Source of the DNA: Alphaproteobacteria bacterium
Lineage (GTDB): Bacteria; Pseudomonadota; Alphaproteobacteria; CAAHEQ01; UBA3637
Length of the DNA: 49,521 nt
NCBI GenBank assembly: GCA_017457425.1
Contig: JAFTHM010000055.1
Span: 1-49,521 of the forward strand
Direction of reading: 5' to 3'
The notes under the pieces are model-generated. The model was not told where the DNA came from, ran no database searches, and saw only the letters and a list, made by a program, of their open reading frames with translations. This document shows positions 25,574-35,998 of the stretch, in pieces. The position numbers and the translations under genes were made by a program. The number at the start of each line of letters is the position of its first letter. Position 1 is the stretch's first letter.

Positions 25574-26335
25574 TTACACTTGCGAATGTGTTTTTTCTTT
25601 AATTAAAGCGTTTGATGAAATATGATTTTGACAACAAATCGGATACGTTTGCTCTAATTCGGCTTTCAGGGCGTATAGTGCCATAGGTTCTTTTTTCGGC
25701 TGAACGATTTTAATATCAGCACCCCAAGAATTGGCAAAAGCCCTATCATTTTTGGGATTATCCCCAATATACAAAACATCTGAGGCTTTATCGGTAATAC
25801 TCATCCCCTGAACAGCTCTGTCAAAAGCCCCTTTATTGGGTTTATCCGTTATCGGATTGCCGGTATTTCCTAAAACCATATCAAACAATCCGTCAAATCT
25901 GCTCTCTAGCACTTCTTTTTTCAACAACTGTTCACTTTTTGCCCCCAACAACACAATCCGTGTTTGAGGCATTTGCATTTTAAGAGCACTCACAATTTCT
26001 TTAGCCCCTTCATAAACCGTTAATGGAGTCAATTTTGTACCACTGATACGTTCAAAGCGACTGACCAACTCGGCATCTCCTTGTTGCAACCGTGGATAAA
26101 GTTGATAAAAAATCTCTTGAGCCTCTACCCCCTTTTCACCCCAAATAGCCGTATTGGAAAAAATTTCGGCTCGTGCTTTCCCATTTTGAGCATGCGTATC
26201 TTCAGGTGTCCAAGCAGATGCCTTTTTATCCCCCAATTTATCCAATGTTAAAACATACGCCGCATGGACCAATTGTTCACATCCGACCAACGTTCCATCC
26301 CAATCAAAAATAATACATTTCGGAGCTTGTTTCAT
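25574..26335 (-). CDS. HAD-superfamily hydrolase (phosphatase-like)
   Basis: Motif I IIFDWDGTLV. Later GDNPKNDRAFANSWG resembles motif IV. Confidence 0.7.
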   Translation of the reverse strand: MKQAPKCIIFDWDGTLVGCEQLVHAAYVLTLDKLGDKKASAWTPEDTHAQNGKARAEIFSNTAIWGEKGVEAQEIFYQLYPRLQQGDAELVSRFERISGTKLTPLTVYEGAKEIVSALKMQMPQTRIVLLGAKSEQLLKKEVLESRFDGLFDMVLGNTGNPITDKPNKGAFDRAVQGMSITDKASDVLYIGDNPKNDRAFANSWGADIKIVQPKKEPMALYALKAELEQTYPICCQNHISSNALIKEKTHSQV

Positions 26336-26344
26336 AAATACCTC

Positions 26345-26977
26345 CTATATTTTTTTAAGTATTTCACTCGCCTTTGCTAAATTTTCTACGGCATAATCCG
26401 GTTTGATTTCGGCAAATTCAACCCCATTCGGATTTGTCCACACCAAAATGCCAATACCACCCGCATAATTATGAGCCATTTGAATATCGGCTTTTCCATC
26501 CCCAATGCTGATAATCATATCTGCCTCAATACCGGCCAGTGCCGTATCCGTAAAAATTTTAGAGGGTTTATCTTCTTCGGCTTCTTCGGCGCCAATAAGA
26601 CGATCAAAGTAATCGGCTACACCCATTGCCGAAACTTCATTACGTAAAATGGGACCGGCTTTATTACTGGCTAAAATATTCACAAAACCCAATTCCTTGG
26701 CCGTTTTCAATATTTCTTTAGCCCCAGCCTTTAATTCCAATGCATCGGCATGTTCGGCATACCGGCTTAAAAAATAAGCCCGCACTTCGGCGGCTTTATC
26801 CGCTCCAAACACATCTTTAATTAAATTGCGACCGGACGTATTCATAGCGGCCTTACTTTCTTCTTTTGTCCAAGGCGTCATTCCGTATTGTACACGAGCA
26901 TCATTTTGAGCCGCAAAAATCGCCCCAAAAGTATCGGCCAACGTATTATCCCAATCCCACAAAATCACTTTTGACAT
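26345..26977 (-). CDS. HAD-superfamily hydrolase (phosphatase-like)
   Basis: Motif I ILWDWDNTLADT. Also SNKAG and IGDGKADIQMA motifs. Confidence 0.7.
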   Translation of the reverse strand: MSKVILWDWDNTLADTFGAIFAAQNDARVQYGMTPWTKEESKAAMNTSGRNLIKDVFGADKAAEVRAYFLSRYAEHADALELKAGAKEILKTAKELGFVNILASNKAGPILRNEVSAMGVADYFDRLIGAEEAEEDKPSKIFTDTALAGIEADMIISIGDGKADIQMAHNYAGGIGILVWTNPNGVEFAEIKPDYAVENLAKASEILKKI

Positions 26978-27009
26978 AAAAAAATCTCCTTTATTTTGCT
27001 ATTTAGCTC

Positions 27010-27038
27010 AGCATATCATTTTTTTTTTTGCGTGTCAA
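27010..27038 (-). promoter_or_regulatory. Candidate sigma-70 promoter of the HAD gene pair, with an A11 tract in the spacer
   Basis: Minus strand reads TTGACA-CGC(A)11TGA-TATGCT: a 17-nt spacer and an extended -10 TG. Confidence 0.5.
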
Positions 27039-27123
27039 ATGATAAAAGGCTCCCCCTCCCTCCTTTTATTAACCATTTTTTAGTAAAAAAGTTCTTGCAA
27101 TTTGAAAAAAAGTATGTAAGAGT

Positions 27124-27340
27124 GGTTTTTGAAAGTGGCAATGGTGCCATTTTTTGGGCGTAGAAACCCATCAATAATTCCAGTCGTATGCATGCGACTT
27201 TAAACAAATATGCCGACTGAAGTCCGCAGTGTGAAAACACGTAGGGTGGATGTCGGTGAATAAGACCTCGGTGTCCAATAAGCCGAGCCATCTGGAATTA
27301 TATGGTTTTCTAACATCCGCCCGCCAAAGCGGGTTTTTTT
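27124..27340 (+). ncRNA. Unclassified structured RNA or long 5' leader ending in an intrinsic terminator
   Basis: Long-range pairing AATTCCAG (27176..27183) with CTGGAATT (27292..27299) encloses several local hairpins: AGTCG..CGACT, GCCGAC..GTCGGT, GTGT-GAAA-ACAC and CTCGG..CCGAG. Possible weak promoter TTGCAA at 27095. No family identified. Confidence 0.35.
27320..27340 (+). terminator. Intrinsic terminator 37 nt upstream of the pilin-like gene
   Basis: CCCGC-CAAA-GCGGG followed by T7. Confidence 0.6.
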
Positions 27341-27376
27341 AATATGTTATAACAAATAAAGAAAGGATGTTTAAAC

Positions 27377-27811
27377 ATGACAAATTTAAAATCTCAATCT
27401 GGTCGTTCAATGGTTGAAATGTTGGGCGTTTTGGCCATCATCGGCGTACTCTCCATCGGTGGTATCGCCGGCTACACAATGGCTATGAACCGCTACAAAG
27501 CAAATGAAGTATTGAATGCCGCTTCCACATTATCCGTTATAGCTCAATCTCAAATTAACAGCACGACAGTTCCAACATTGGATAAAGTTGGATATTCTTC
27601 TGAAACAGTGAATGGTTGTGAAATTAAAGCTACAGCAGCCGGGAAAGGCGCCGTAACTATTAAGTGTGATGATGCGGGCGTTATTACAGCCATTGAAAAC
27701 ATTAGTGGTGTTAAATTGACAAAAGATACTGCCACAAATGCCATTGACAATGATGGCAAATGGGTTAAAGGTTCAACGACAACAACGACAACTCAACCAG
27801 AAGATGAATAA
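27377..27811 (+). CDS. Type IV pilin / pseudopilin-like protein (prepilin-type N-terminus)
   Basis: SG/RSMVEMLGVLAIIGVLSIGGIAGY places Gly at -1 and Glu at +5, followed by a hydrophobic helix: class-III (prepilin peptidase) signal architecture. Thr-rich acidic C-terminus. AAGGA SD. Confidence 0.65.
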   Translation: MTNLKSQSGRSMVEMLGVLAIIGVLSIGGIAGYTMAMNRYKANEVLNAASTLSVIAQSQINSTTVPTLDKVGYSSETVNGCEIKATAAGKGAVTIKCDDAGVITAIENISGVKLTKDTATNAIDNDGKWVKGSTTTTTTQPEDE

Positions 27812-28044
27812 GTTTAACCTAACTTAATCATCTCAACCACATTTTGCCTTTTTATCGGTTTTTGGCAGTGGTTTAGACGGAGTAATCCAAAAAACAAAAA
27901 CCGATACCTCTTGTGCCAATGCTTAATTTTTTTTCTTGATTTAATTTTGTCGTAAGCGTTGGCACCTTTTTTATATCCAAAATTGTTAATAATAATTATG
28001 CTTCCTCCTCCCACTCTGAAGTACCAAAAAAACAAGGCTTAATT

Positions 28045-28075
28045 AACAAAAACACCCCACCGGCTGGTGAGGTGT
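28045..28075 (-). terminator. Intrinsic terminator of pnp
   Basis: Minus strand reads ACACCTCACC-AGCC-GGTGGGGTGT followed by TTTTGTT, 20 nt after the pnp stop. Confidence 0.65.
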
Positions 28076-28095
28076 TTCATTGTTAACGAAATGGC

Positions 28096-30243
28096 TTATT
28101 CGCCTTTTTTCTTTTCTTTTTTGATGTCTTCTAAAGAAATGGCTTCACCTGTTTCTTGGTTCACACGACGCATAGACAGTTTAATTTTACCCTTACCGTC
28201 AATGCCCATGCACATCACTTTAACTTTGTCGCCTTCTTTAACAACATCTGTAACATGTTCGACACGACTTGTCCCCATTTCGGACACGTGTACCAATCCG
28301 TCACGAGACCCCATAAAGTTCACGAAAGCACCAAAGTCCATAATCTTGACAACTTCGCCGTCATAGATTTGACCAACTTCCGGTTCGGATACAATGCTTT
28401 GAATCCATTTGAGGGCAGCCTCACCGGCAGCTGTATCAACGGAAGCAATGTTCACTAAGCCGTCATCATCAATATCAATTTTGGCACCGGTTGTTTCCAC
28501 GATTTCACGGATAACTTTACCGCCTGTACCAATGACATCACGGATTTTATCTTTATCAATTTTGAGTGAGATAATACGTGGTGCATTCGGGCTGATTTCC
28601 GGTCTTGGTTCGGCGAGTGCTTCGGCCATTTTACCCAAAATGTGCATACGACCTTCTTTGGCTTGTTTCAAAGCGATATCCATAATTTCCTTTGTAATGG
28701 AGGTAATTTTAATATCCATTTGCAAAGCGGTTACACCGTCTTTTGTACCGGCCACTTTAAAGTCCATATCGCCTAAGTGGTCTTCATCACCCAAAATATC
28801 GGACAAGACCATAAATTGATCGCCTTCTTTAATCAATCCCATAGCAATACCGGCCACCGGTTTTTTCATCGGTACACCGGCATCCATTAATGCCAATGTA
28901 GACCCGCAAACCGTTGCCATAGAAGATGACCCATTGGATTCCATAATTTCGGAAACCACACGCAATGTGTATGGGAATTCTTCTTTTGTCGGCAACATCG
29001 GGTGAATGGCACGCCATGCCAATTTACCGTGTCCAATTTCACGACGCCCTGGAGAACCCATACGCCCTGTTTCACCAACGGAATACGGCGGGAAATTATA
29101 GTGTAATAAGAATTTTTCTTTATATTCCCCTTGTAAAGCATCAACCACTTGTTCATCAATGCCTGTCCCCAAAGTAGCCACGACCAACGCTTGTGTTTCA
29201 CCACGAGTGAACAAAGCAGAGCCGTGTGTTTTCGGAAGTATTGCCACTTGAGCTTCAATCGGGCGAATGGTTTTGGTATCACGGCCATCAATACGTGGAT
29301 TACCGGCCAAGATAGAATCACGAACCGTTCTGGCCTCTAATTCATGGAATACTTTTTCGTAAATAGCCAGTTCTGCCTCTTTCCCTTCAAACAAAGCGGC
29401 GGCCTTTTCACGTGTAGCAGCCACAGCATTTTGGCGTTCCAATTTGTTATGGATTTTATAATCGGCCTTTAATTCTTCGCCCAATTTTTCCATAATTTCA
29501 CTGCGGACAACGGCATATTCGGCCGGTTCTTCTTTAACAGACCACGGCTCTTTAGCGCATTCTTCGGCCAATGCGATAATCATTTCAATAACCGGTTTTA
29601 ATGATTCATGACCAAAAGCAACTGCACCGAGCATTGTTTCTTCGGACAGTTCTTTGGCCTCAGATTCCACCATTAAAACGCCTTCCATCGTACCAGCAAC
29701 AACTAAGTCTAACTTCGTTGCATTCATTTGGCGTAAAGTCGGGTTTAAAATATACCGACCATCAATATAACCGACTCTGGCACCGGCAATTGGACCCAAG
29801 AACGGCAATCCGGAAATGGTCAGTGCAGCAGAAGCCGCAATCATCGCTACGATATCCGGTGCGTTTTCCAAATCATGACTGAGCAACGTACATGTTACTT
29901 GCGTATCGTTATTAAACCCTTTGACAAATAACGGACGAATCGGTCTGTCAATCAAACGGGATGTTAATACTTCCGCTTCGGACGGTTTGCCTTCACGTTT
30001 AAAGAAACCGCCTGGGATTTTACCGGCAGCATAGGCTTTTTCAATATAATTAACCGTCAACGGAATAAAATCTTCAAAAGTATCCGGTGTATTTTTGCTG
30101 GCACACACAGCGGCATGAACCACCGTTTCACCATAACTAACAATAACGGCACCGTCGGCTTGACGGGCAATTTTACCGGTTTCAATGGACAGTTTTTTAC
30201 CGCCCCAAATCATTTCTTTTTTAAATGTTGTAAACATTGTCAT
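28096..30243 (-). CDS. pnp: Polyribonucleotide nucleotidyltransferase (PNPase)
   Basis: Full-length protein with two RNase PH domains plus KH and S1 domains, 715 aa. Confidence 0.95.
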   Translation of the reverse strand: MTMFTTFKKEMIWGGKKLSIETGKIARQADGAVIVSYGETVVHAAVCASKNTPDTFEDFIPLTVNYIEKAYAAGKIPGGFFKREGKPSEAEVLTSRLIDRPIRPLFVKGFNNDTQVTCTLLSHDLENAPDIVAMIAASAALTISGLPFLGPIAGARVGYIDGRYILNPTLRQMNATKLDLVVAGTMEGVLMVESEAKELSEETMLGAVAFGHESLKPVIEMIIALAEECAKEPWSVKEEPAEYAVVRSEIMEKLGEELKADYKIHNKLERQNAVAATREKAAALFEGKEAELAIYEKVFHELEARTVRDSILAGNPRIDGRDTKTIRPIEAQVAILPKTHGSALFTRGETQALVVATLGTGIDEQVVDALQGEYKEKFLLHYNFPPYSVGETGRMGSPGRREIGHGKLAWRAIHPMLPTKEEFPYTLRVVSEIMESNGSSSMATVCGSTLALMDAGVPMKKPVAGIAMGLIKEGDQFMVLSDILGDEDHLGDMDFKVAGTKDGVTALQMDIKITSITKEIMDIALKQAKEGRMHILGKMAEALAEPRPEISPNAPRIISLKIDKDKIRDVIGTGGKVIREIVETTGAKIDIDDDGLVNIASVDTAAGEAALKWIQSIVSEPEVGQIYDGEVVKIMDFGAFVNFMGSRDGLVHVSEMGTSRVEHVTDVVKEGDKVKVMCMGIDGKGKIKLSMRRVNQETGEAISLEDIKKEKKKGE

Positions 30244-30319
30244 TTTTTTATATTTCCTTCACATAACATACATCAAAAGGAAGGGGCCTCCCCATGAGGC
30301 CCTATCCACTGGATTTTTA

Positions 30320-30589
30320 TTATTTACGCAATCCTAAGCGTGAAATCAAAGAATCGTATTCGGCTTGAGAATTTTTCTTAACATAAGCCAACAAACGACG
30401 ACGATTAGCCACCATAGCCATCAAACCACGACGGGAATGGAAATCTTTTTTGTGCACTTTCATGTGTTCGGATAAAGCTGCAATGTTAGCACTCAATAAG
30501 GCTACTTGAACTTGAGCAGAACCTGTATCCCCTTCTTTGATAGCATATTCTTTGATGATAGCTTGTCTTTGTTCTTTTGAAATCGACAT
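30320..30589 (-). CDS. rpsO: 30S ribosomal protein S15
   Basis: [15 protein letters not shown]...HSRRGL is typical S15, 89 aa from the ATG at 30589, which has an AAGGAA SD. Confidence 0.9.
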   Translation of the reverse strand: MSISKEQRQAIIKEYAIKEGDTGSAQVQVALLSANIAALSEHMKVHKKDFHSRRGLMAMVANRRRLLAYVKKNSQAEYDSLISRLGLRK

Positions 30590-30618
30590 CTTAAATTTTC
30601 CTTTCTTTAAATTATTGT

Positions 30619-31572
30619 TCATAAAATCCGAAACGGCTTAATACCGCCTCGTTCAATTTTAGCCAAAGCCATTATATGATTTTCAAATTGTAATCCAATA
30701 ACCGTATCGGGGGTAAATTCCTTTAACAACCCCACATCAAACTCTTTACAAGAAATCGTTTGACCGTTCATCAGACGTTTCATTTGAACCTCGTTTACTG
30801 CCAACACCGAGATGTCGCTCAGTGCGGTATCCACGGGGATAATGCTTAAAGCGTTTGTATTATAATCGTTTTTTTCCAAATTTGCAAGCAAAATCGTATC
30901 GGATTCCGAAAAAGGTCCGCATTTGATACGTCTGAGCATGGTAATATGTCCCAAACACCCCAGCATTTGCCCCATTTCTCGGCCCAATGAGCGAACATAC
31001 GTGCCTTTGCCACAATCCACCTCAAACATCGTTTCTTGTTGTGGTGTATCGCCTTGAAAATACATATCTCCTGTTTGACAACAAGATAAATCCATCGGCA
31101 CAATCCTTAAATCATCAATGTGCACAGGACGCGGTTTCATCTCGGGTATATCCCCCTTACGAGCCAACTCATACGCTCTGACACCATCAATTTTTAACGC
31201 ACTATAGGCTGGTGGCGTTTGCATAATATCGCCAATAAAGTTAGGCAATATAGCTTTAATTTGTGCCACTGTCGGTCGGTTGTCCGAACGGTTCGTTATT
31301 TCCCCCTCGGCATCATCGGTTGACGTTTGCGACCCCCATTTAACAATAAAACGATATGTTTTTTTGCCATCCATCACAAAAGGGATTGTTTTTGTCGCCT
31401 TACCAAGAGCAATCGGCAAAACACCTGTTGCCAAGGGGTCTAAGGTACCAGCATGACCTATTTTTTTAGGCTTTAATAACCATTTAAGTTTACTCACCAC
31501 ATTGGTGGACCCCATATCATAGGGCTTATCTATAATCAACCATCCGTTTAAATCATTTTGTATTTTTGCCAT
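30619..31572 (-). CDS. truB: tRNA pseudouridine(55) synthase
   Basis: [16 protein letters not shown] catalytic motif and a C-terminal PUA-like region. Confidence 0.9.
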   Translation of the reverse strand: MAKIQNDLNGWLIIDKPYDMGSTNVVSKLKWLLKPKKIGHAGTLDPLATGVLPIALGKATKTIPFVMDGKKTYRFIVKWGSQTSTDDAEGEITNRSDNRPTVAQIKAILPNFIGDIMQTPPAYSALKIDGVRAYELARKGDIPEMKPRPVHIDDLRIVPMDLSCCQTGDMYFQGDTPQQETMFEVDCGKGTYVRSLGREMGQMLGCLGHITMLRRIKCGPFSESDTILLANLEKNDYNTNALSIIPVDTALSDISVLAVNEVQMKRLMNGQTISCKEFDVGLLKEFTPDTVIGLQFENHIMALAKIERGGIKPFRIL

Positions 31573-32454
31573 TTAATGCCGTCCCGAATTTTTATAGTCT
31601 TCAATAAACTTATCAAACTTTTTCAAAATATTATCACACCGTTGGTCCATTAATTTTTGACCGCTCACATCAATCGGATTCGCTTTATCCGAGAACACAA
31701 ACTGACGGTAAGTCCCATATTGTTTTAAATGTTTGGCACGCCGTAAATCACCTTGCTTTAACATATGCCGAATAATGGCAGATAATTTGGATGAATACAG
31801 TTTATGAGCCGCCGGCATAATCCATCCGTCTGCAATACCATATTCTTTTGCTATTTCATGAATATGAATCGGATTTTTAAACCCCATCCATCTGACAAAT
31901 GAATTTGACCGCCAATTTGTTTCATGTGGCTCTACCACGACTTGTCGCATACCGGCCGCATAAAAAACAGATAAACAAGACACGCCGGCCGCATTTAAAA
32001 ATCCATATTCAGCCGATTTTTTATCTTTCGGGTTTGTAATAACACACAAACTCCACCCATTATGATGTCCTTGAATATGTTTACCCTTTTCATCCGTTCC
32101 TTCATAAAAATACCTTGACCGAAAAGTGCCATATGTGCCCAAAATTTCCTGAGTGCCTCCATGTTGATAAACCAGCATATAATCAACACCCTCCACACCA
32201 ATATCTCCGGCTTCTTTTGGCGGTTTCCCCTCACAGGGCGGAAAAGTTAAATAAAATCTGGAATCGTGTTCCAACTTATAATTCCATTCACGAAATTCTA
32301 ATGGCTCATCCTTTTTGTCATACCGGCGAAAAAATAACCCTTCAAAATCATCCGGCAAATCCTTGTGAGCAAATGCCAATATGATATCTACAGGCACCTC
32401 AAATATATTGGGTAAAGGTTTTCTCTTAACGGCCACCGCGCACCGCCTTTGCAA
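31573..32454 (-). CDS. Protein of unknown function, 293 aa (C-terminal half possibly acyl-CoA N-acyltransferase-like)
   Basis: Long ORF abutting the truB start (TAAATG). NWRSNSFVRWMGFKN faintly resembles the GNAT C-terminal motif. No confident family. Confidence 0.55.
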   Translation of the reverse strand: MQRRCAVAVKRKPLPNIFEVPVDIILAFAHKDLPDDFEGLFFRRYDKKDEPLEFREWNYKLEHDSRFYLTFPPCEGKPPKEAGDIGVEGVDYMLVYQHGGTQEILGTYGTFRSRYFYEGTDEKGKHIQGHHNGWSLCVITNPKDKKSAEYGFLNAAGVSCLSVFYAAGMRQVVVEPHETNWRSNSFVRWMGFKNPIHIHEIAKEYGIADGWIMPAAHKLYSSKLSAIIRHMLKQGDLRRAKHLKQYGTYRQFVFSDKANPIDVSGQKLMDQRCDNILKKFDKFIEDYKNSGRH

Positions 32455-33028
32455 CGTTCAAAGACAATGGACGATAATAATTTTTAATACCGGCATACAT
32501 TTGCTCTAACGTTGTGTCAACCACACGACCGGAAGTTGCCACCAATTCCCCGTTTGAGTGTTTGTCTTCACTTTTGACATATTCGGGATAAGCATCTAAT
32601 CCCATTTTTTTAAACAATCCTAAAGCCTTTGTATTCGTTTCATCCGTCCGAATAATCACGTGTTGTGTTGAATTATTGACAATTTCTTCACACACCTTTA
32701 GCAAGCCGGCCATCGTTAAACCATACGACCCGAATCTAGGGCCACCTTCTTCATCATGCATAACAATGGATTGTTCCCACCGAGTATCCGTTACTTGTTG
32801 AATTTGCCCCTCTTTTTCATACCATCTGGGTTCGTTTGTTTTATCAAACGAAACCATACCGACACTGCGTTCTCCCTCATCCGCCGTTTCAACAACAAAA
32901 CCATAAGTAATATGTTTTTTGTTTGCTTCTTGTAATTGCATACCGGCAGATACCCAATCTTGTGGAATGGGATTTTTGGCATACTTTTTAAGCTCGTCTC
33001 TAGAAATCGGCAAATACTCTTGCATCAT
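32426..33028 (-). CDS. GNAT-family N-acetyltransferase-like protein
   Basis: GSYGLTMAGLLKVCEEI and ETNTKALGLFKKMGL resemble GNAT motifs A and B. A GGAGG SD precedes the ATGATG at 33028/33025. Confidence 0.55.
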   Translation of the reverse strand: MMQEYLPISRDELKKYAKNPIPQDWVSAGMQLQEANKKHITYGFVVETADEGERSVGMVSFDKTNEPRWYEKEGQIQQVTDTRWEQSIVMHDEEGGPRFGSYGLTMAGLLKVCEEIVNNSTQHVIIRTDETNTKALGLFKKMGLDAYPEYVKSEDKHSNGELVATSGRVVDTTLEQMYAGIKNYYRPLSLNVAKAVRGGR

Positions 33029-33106
33029 CAACCTCCAAAAAATAATATCTATTATATCACAAAATCTGCAAAAAGTAAAACGCACTTTTTATCGTGCGTT
33101 TTTTGA

Positions 33107-33553
33107 TTATTCATCATCAGATTCAAAATCGTCAGAAGTATCATCTATCATTTCATCATCCCGATATTTTTCAACATCAGCCCGAACCGTCGGATGACTT
33201 AAAATACTGGCAATGTGATCAGATTCTTCAAAAGCGCTATCCTCACGGAAAATCAAATTCGGCACAATCCGTAATCTGATAGATTTACCAACACGGTATC
33301 TGAATGGGCCTTTATGGTCATTCAACAAAGCCACTTGCTCGGTTGTGTCTACATCCCCAATCCCACGCACAAAGACCGTTGCATAGGCTAAATCAGGTGA
33401 AATTTGAACCTCGGTAATCATAATCAGAGAGGGTTTTAATCCGTCAATGAACAAATCGTTTTGGCTCATCATCCGACCCAGCACATGGCGGATTTCTTCC
33501 GCCACACGCAGTTGTCGTTGAGAGGGAGCCTTTGATGCTAAATGCTTCACCAT
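33107..33553 (-). CDS. rbfA: Ribosome-binding factor A
   Basis: RVAEEIRHVLGRMM...ITEVQISPDLAYATVFV is typical RbfA. Acidic C-terminal tail. Confidence 0.85.
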   Translation of the reverse strand: MVKHLASKAPSQRQLRVAEEIRHVLGRMMSQNDLFIDGLKPSLIMITEVQISPDLAYATVFVRGIGDVDTTEQVALLNDHKGPFRYRVGKSIRLRIVPNLIFREDSAFEESDHIASILSHPTVRADVEKYRDDEMIDDTSDDFESDDE

Positions 33554-33562
33554 ATCCCCTCC

Positions 33563-35995
33563 TTAAATATTGTCATTTAATTTAAGTTTAACGGCGATTT
33601 CTTCCATTTCATAGCATTCAACGACATCACCGACTTTGACATCATCATAGTTTTCAAAACTCATACCACATTCAAAGCTTTCTTTGACTTCCTTAACATC
33701 GTCTTTAAAGCGTTTGAGTTGTGTGAGGGCACCGTTATAAATCACAACACCATCACGTAAAATGCGAACTTTGGCGCCACGGCGGACAAGGCCTTCCTTA
33801 ACCATACAACCGGCCACCTTGCCGACTTTGGAAACGGAAATAACTTGACGCACTTCGGCATAGCCCAAGATTTTTTCACGCAATTCTGGTGTTAACAAGC
33901 CTTCAACCGCTAACTTCATATCATCGGCTACATCATAAACGATTGAGTAATATCTGATATCTACACCATCCCGTTTGGCGAGTTCTCTGGCCGTCGGATT
34001 GGCACGCACATTAAAGCCGATAACAATGGCTTTACTGGCTCTGGCCAAAGATACATCGGATTCGTTAATAGCGCCAACACCGCTGTGGATAATGGAAACC
34101 TTAACTTCTTCGTTACGGATTTTAGCCAAAATACCGTTAAGTGCTTCCACAGACCCTTGCACGTCGCCTTTGATAACAACCGGTAATTCTTTGATTTCAC
34201 CGGCCTTAATTTTAGCCAGCAAGTGTTCGGCACTACTCATGGTTTTAACTTGTAAAACTTCACGGGCTTTGCGTTGACGATAGGCAGAAATTTCACGAGC
34301 TTGAGCCTCGGTTTCCACCTCAATAAAGTCATCACCAGCCGCCGGTGTTCCTTGCAACCCAATCACTTCAACCGGTTGAGCCGGTGTGGCAGATTGTACC
34401 CGTTGTCCACGATCGTTGAATAAAGAACGAACACGTCCCCATTCATTACCGCACACAAAGATATCTCCGACATCTAACGTTCCTTTTTGCACTAAAACAG
34501 TGGCAACAGAACCACGACCTTTATCCATGCGGGCTTCAACCACGACACCTTCGGCCGTTCTGTCCGGATCAGCTTTCAGTTCCAAAATTTCGGCTTGCAG
34601 TAAGATGGTTTCAATCAACTTATCCAAATTAATTTTTTGTTTGGCGGATACTTCCACATCCATGACTTCACCACCCATAGCCTCAACTACAACACCGTGT
34701 TGTAAAAGGTCTGTACGAACCTTTTGTGGATTAGCCCCGGGTACGTCAATTTTGTTAATGGCTACAACGATTGGTACATTAGCCGCTTGAGCATGGTGAA
34801 TAGCTTCAATGGTTTGAGGCATAACGGAATCGTTTGCCGCCACAACCAAAACCACCAAGTCAGTTACTTTAGCCCCACGTGCACGCATAGCGGTAAAAGC
34901 TTCATGCCCCGGTGTATCAATAAAGGTTACCTTTTGGCCACCGGCAACAGACACTTGGTAAGCACCGATATGTTGCGTAATACCACCAGATTCGCCAGAG
35001 GCCACAGATGTTGAACGCAGCGCATCCAACAAGGATGTTTTACCATGGTCAACGTGTCCCATAACGGTTACCACTGGAGAACGCGGTTTCATATTTTGTG
35101 GATTATCTTCACCGGTTTTGAGGAAATCTTCCACATCAGATTCGGCCACCCGTTTAACTGTGTGTCCTAATTCTTCAGCCACCAATTGAGCCGTATCGGC
35201 ATCAATGGTTTGAGTAATCGTTACCATCATCCCCATTTTCATGAGTGTTTTTACAACAGTAGCGCCTTTTTCGGACATACGGTTAGCCAGTTCTTGTACC
35301 GTAATTGTTTCCGGAATAACAACTTCACGTGTTACTTTTTCGGCCGTTTTTAAAGATTCTAAGTGTTTTAATCTTTCTTTTTCTCTGGCCCGTTTGATAG
35401 AAGCAAGTGATCGGCGATGTGGACGATTACCGCCTTCTAAATCATCATCATCTTCCCCACCTGTATAGGCATTAACATTAATTTTTCCAGAATTGCGACG
35501 ATCATTATATCCTTTTTTGCTGGTCCGTTCTTCTTCCCGAACTTCTTTACGGCGACTAAACCCTTCGTCATCAAAGGATTTTTTACCGCTGTCTTTTTTC
35601 GGATTATCATTTGTTTTCGGGGCCGGTTGCTCTTGAACGGCAGCTTGCTCAGCTTTTTTGGCTTTTTCAGCTTCTTTTGCCAAACGAGCGGCTTCTTCAG
35701 CCTCTTCTCTCTTGCGTTCTGCACGCTCTTGGGCTTCTTTTGCCAAACGTTCTTCTTCTAATTTTCTGGCGTGCTCAGCAACTCGTTGAGCTTCTTGTAC
35801 CAACTTTAATTTTTGACTGGCATCTTGCGTTAATACGGCCGGAGTCGGTTCCGCCGTAATCACACGCTTTTTACGCACTTCAACTTGAACGGTTTTGCCC
35901 GAACCGGTAGAAGAACGCACACCTCCCAAAGATAACGTTTTCTTTGGCGTTAATGTTTTTCCCGATAAAGTCAATGGTTTCTTTTCTTCTGTCAT
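33563..35995 (-). CDS. infB: Translation initiation factor IF-2
   Basis: Lys/Glu/Ala-rich N-terminal region, G domain ([21 protein letters not shown]) and C-terminal domains. Confidence 0.95.
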   Translation of the reverse strand: MTEEKKPLTLSGKTLTPKKTLSLGGVRSSTGSGKTVQVEVRKKRVITAEPTPAVLTQDASQKLKLVQEAQRVAEHARKLEEERLAKEAQERAERKREEAEEAARLAKEAEKAKKAEQAAVQEQPAPKTNDNPKKDSGKKSFDDEGFSRRKEVREEERTSKKGYNDRRNSGKINVNAYTGGEDDDDLEGGNRPHRRSLASIKRAREKERLKHLESLKTAEKVTREVVIPETITVQELANRMSEKGATVVKTLMKMGMMVTITQTIDADTAQLVAEELGHTVKRVAESDVEDFLKTGEDNPQNMKPRSPVVTVMGHVDHGKTSLLDALRSTSVASGESGGITQHIGAYQVSVAGGQKVTFIDTPGHEAFTAMRARGAKVTDLVVLVVAANDSVMPQTIEAIHHAQAANVPIVVAINKIDVPGANPQKVRTDLLQHGVVVEAMGGEVMDVEVSAKQKINLDKLIETILLQAEILELKADPDRTAEGVVVEARMDKGRGSVATVLVQKGTLDVGDIFVCGNEWGRVRSLFNDRGQRVQSATPAQPVEVIGLQGTPAAGDDFIEVETEAQAREISAYRQRKAREVLQVKTMSSAEHLLAKIKAGEIKELPVVIKGDVQGSVEALNGILAKIRNEEVKVSIIHSGVGAINESDVSLARASKAIVIGFNVRANPTARELAKRDGVDIRYYSIVYDVADDMKLAVEGLLTPELREKILGYAEVRQVISVSKVGKVAGCMVKEGLVRRGAKVRILRDGVVIYNGALTQLKRFKDDVKEVKESFECGMSFENYDDVKVGDVVECYEMEEIAVKLKLNDNI

Positions 35996-35998
35996 TGT

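Noticed and set aside
27200-27260. An RNase P RNA-like GAAGTCCGC string resembling the conserved GGAAAGUCCGG element.
   Set aside because: The region is too short. The other universally conserved RNase P blocks (for example ACAGAAnCCGGCUUA) are absent.
27016-27291. The 91-aa minus-strand ORF in the HAD/pilin intergenic region.
   Set aside because: It has no SD. It overlaps both the predicted HAD promoter and the structured plus-strand RNA. Its composition is odd (H/R/L/F-rich, no motif). Most likely a chance ORF.
27124-27340. Possible tmRNA (ssrA), including the permuted two-piece alphaproteobacterial form. A short frame GGC AAT GGT GCC ATT TTT TGG GCG TAG could be read as a tag peptide.
   Set aside because: The would-be tag (G)NGAIFWA lacks the ANDN... 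start and the LAA/VAA-type ending typical of alphaproteobacterial tags. I find no tRNA-like T-arm/acceptor with CCA context nearby. The region is kept only as an unclassified structured RNA.
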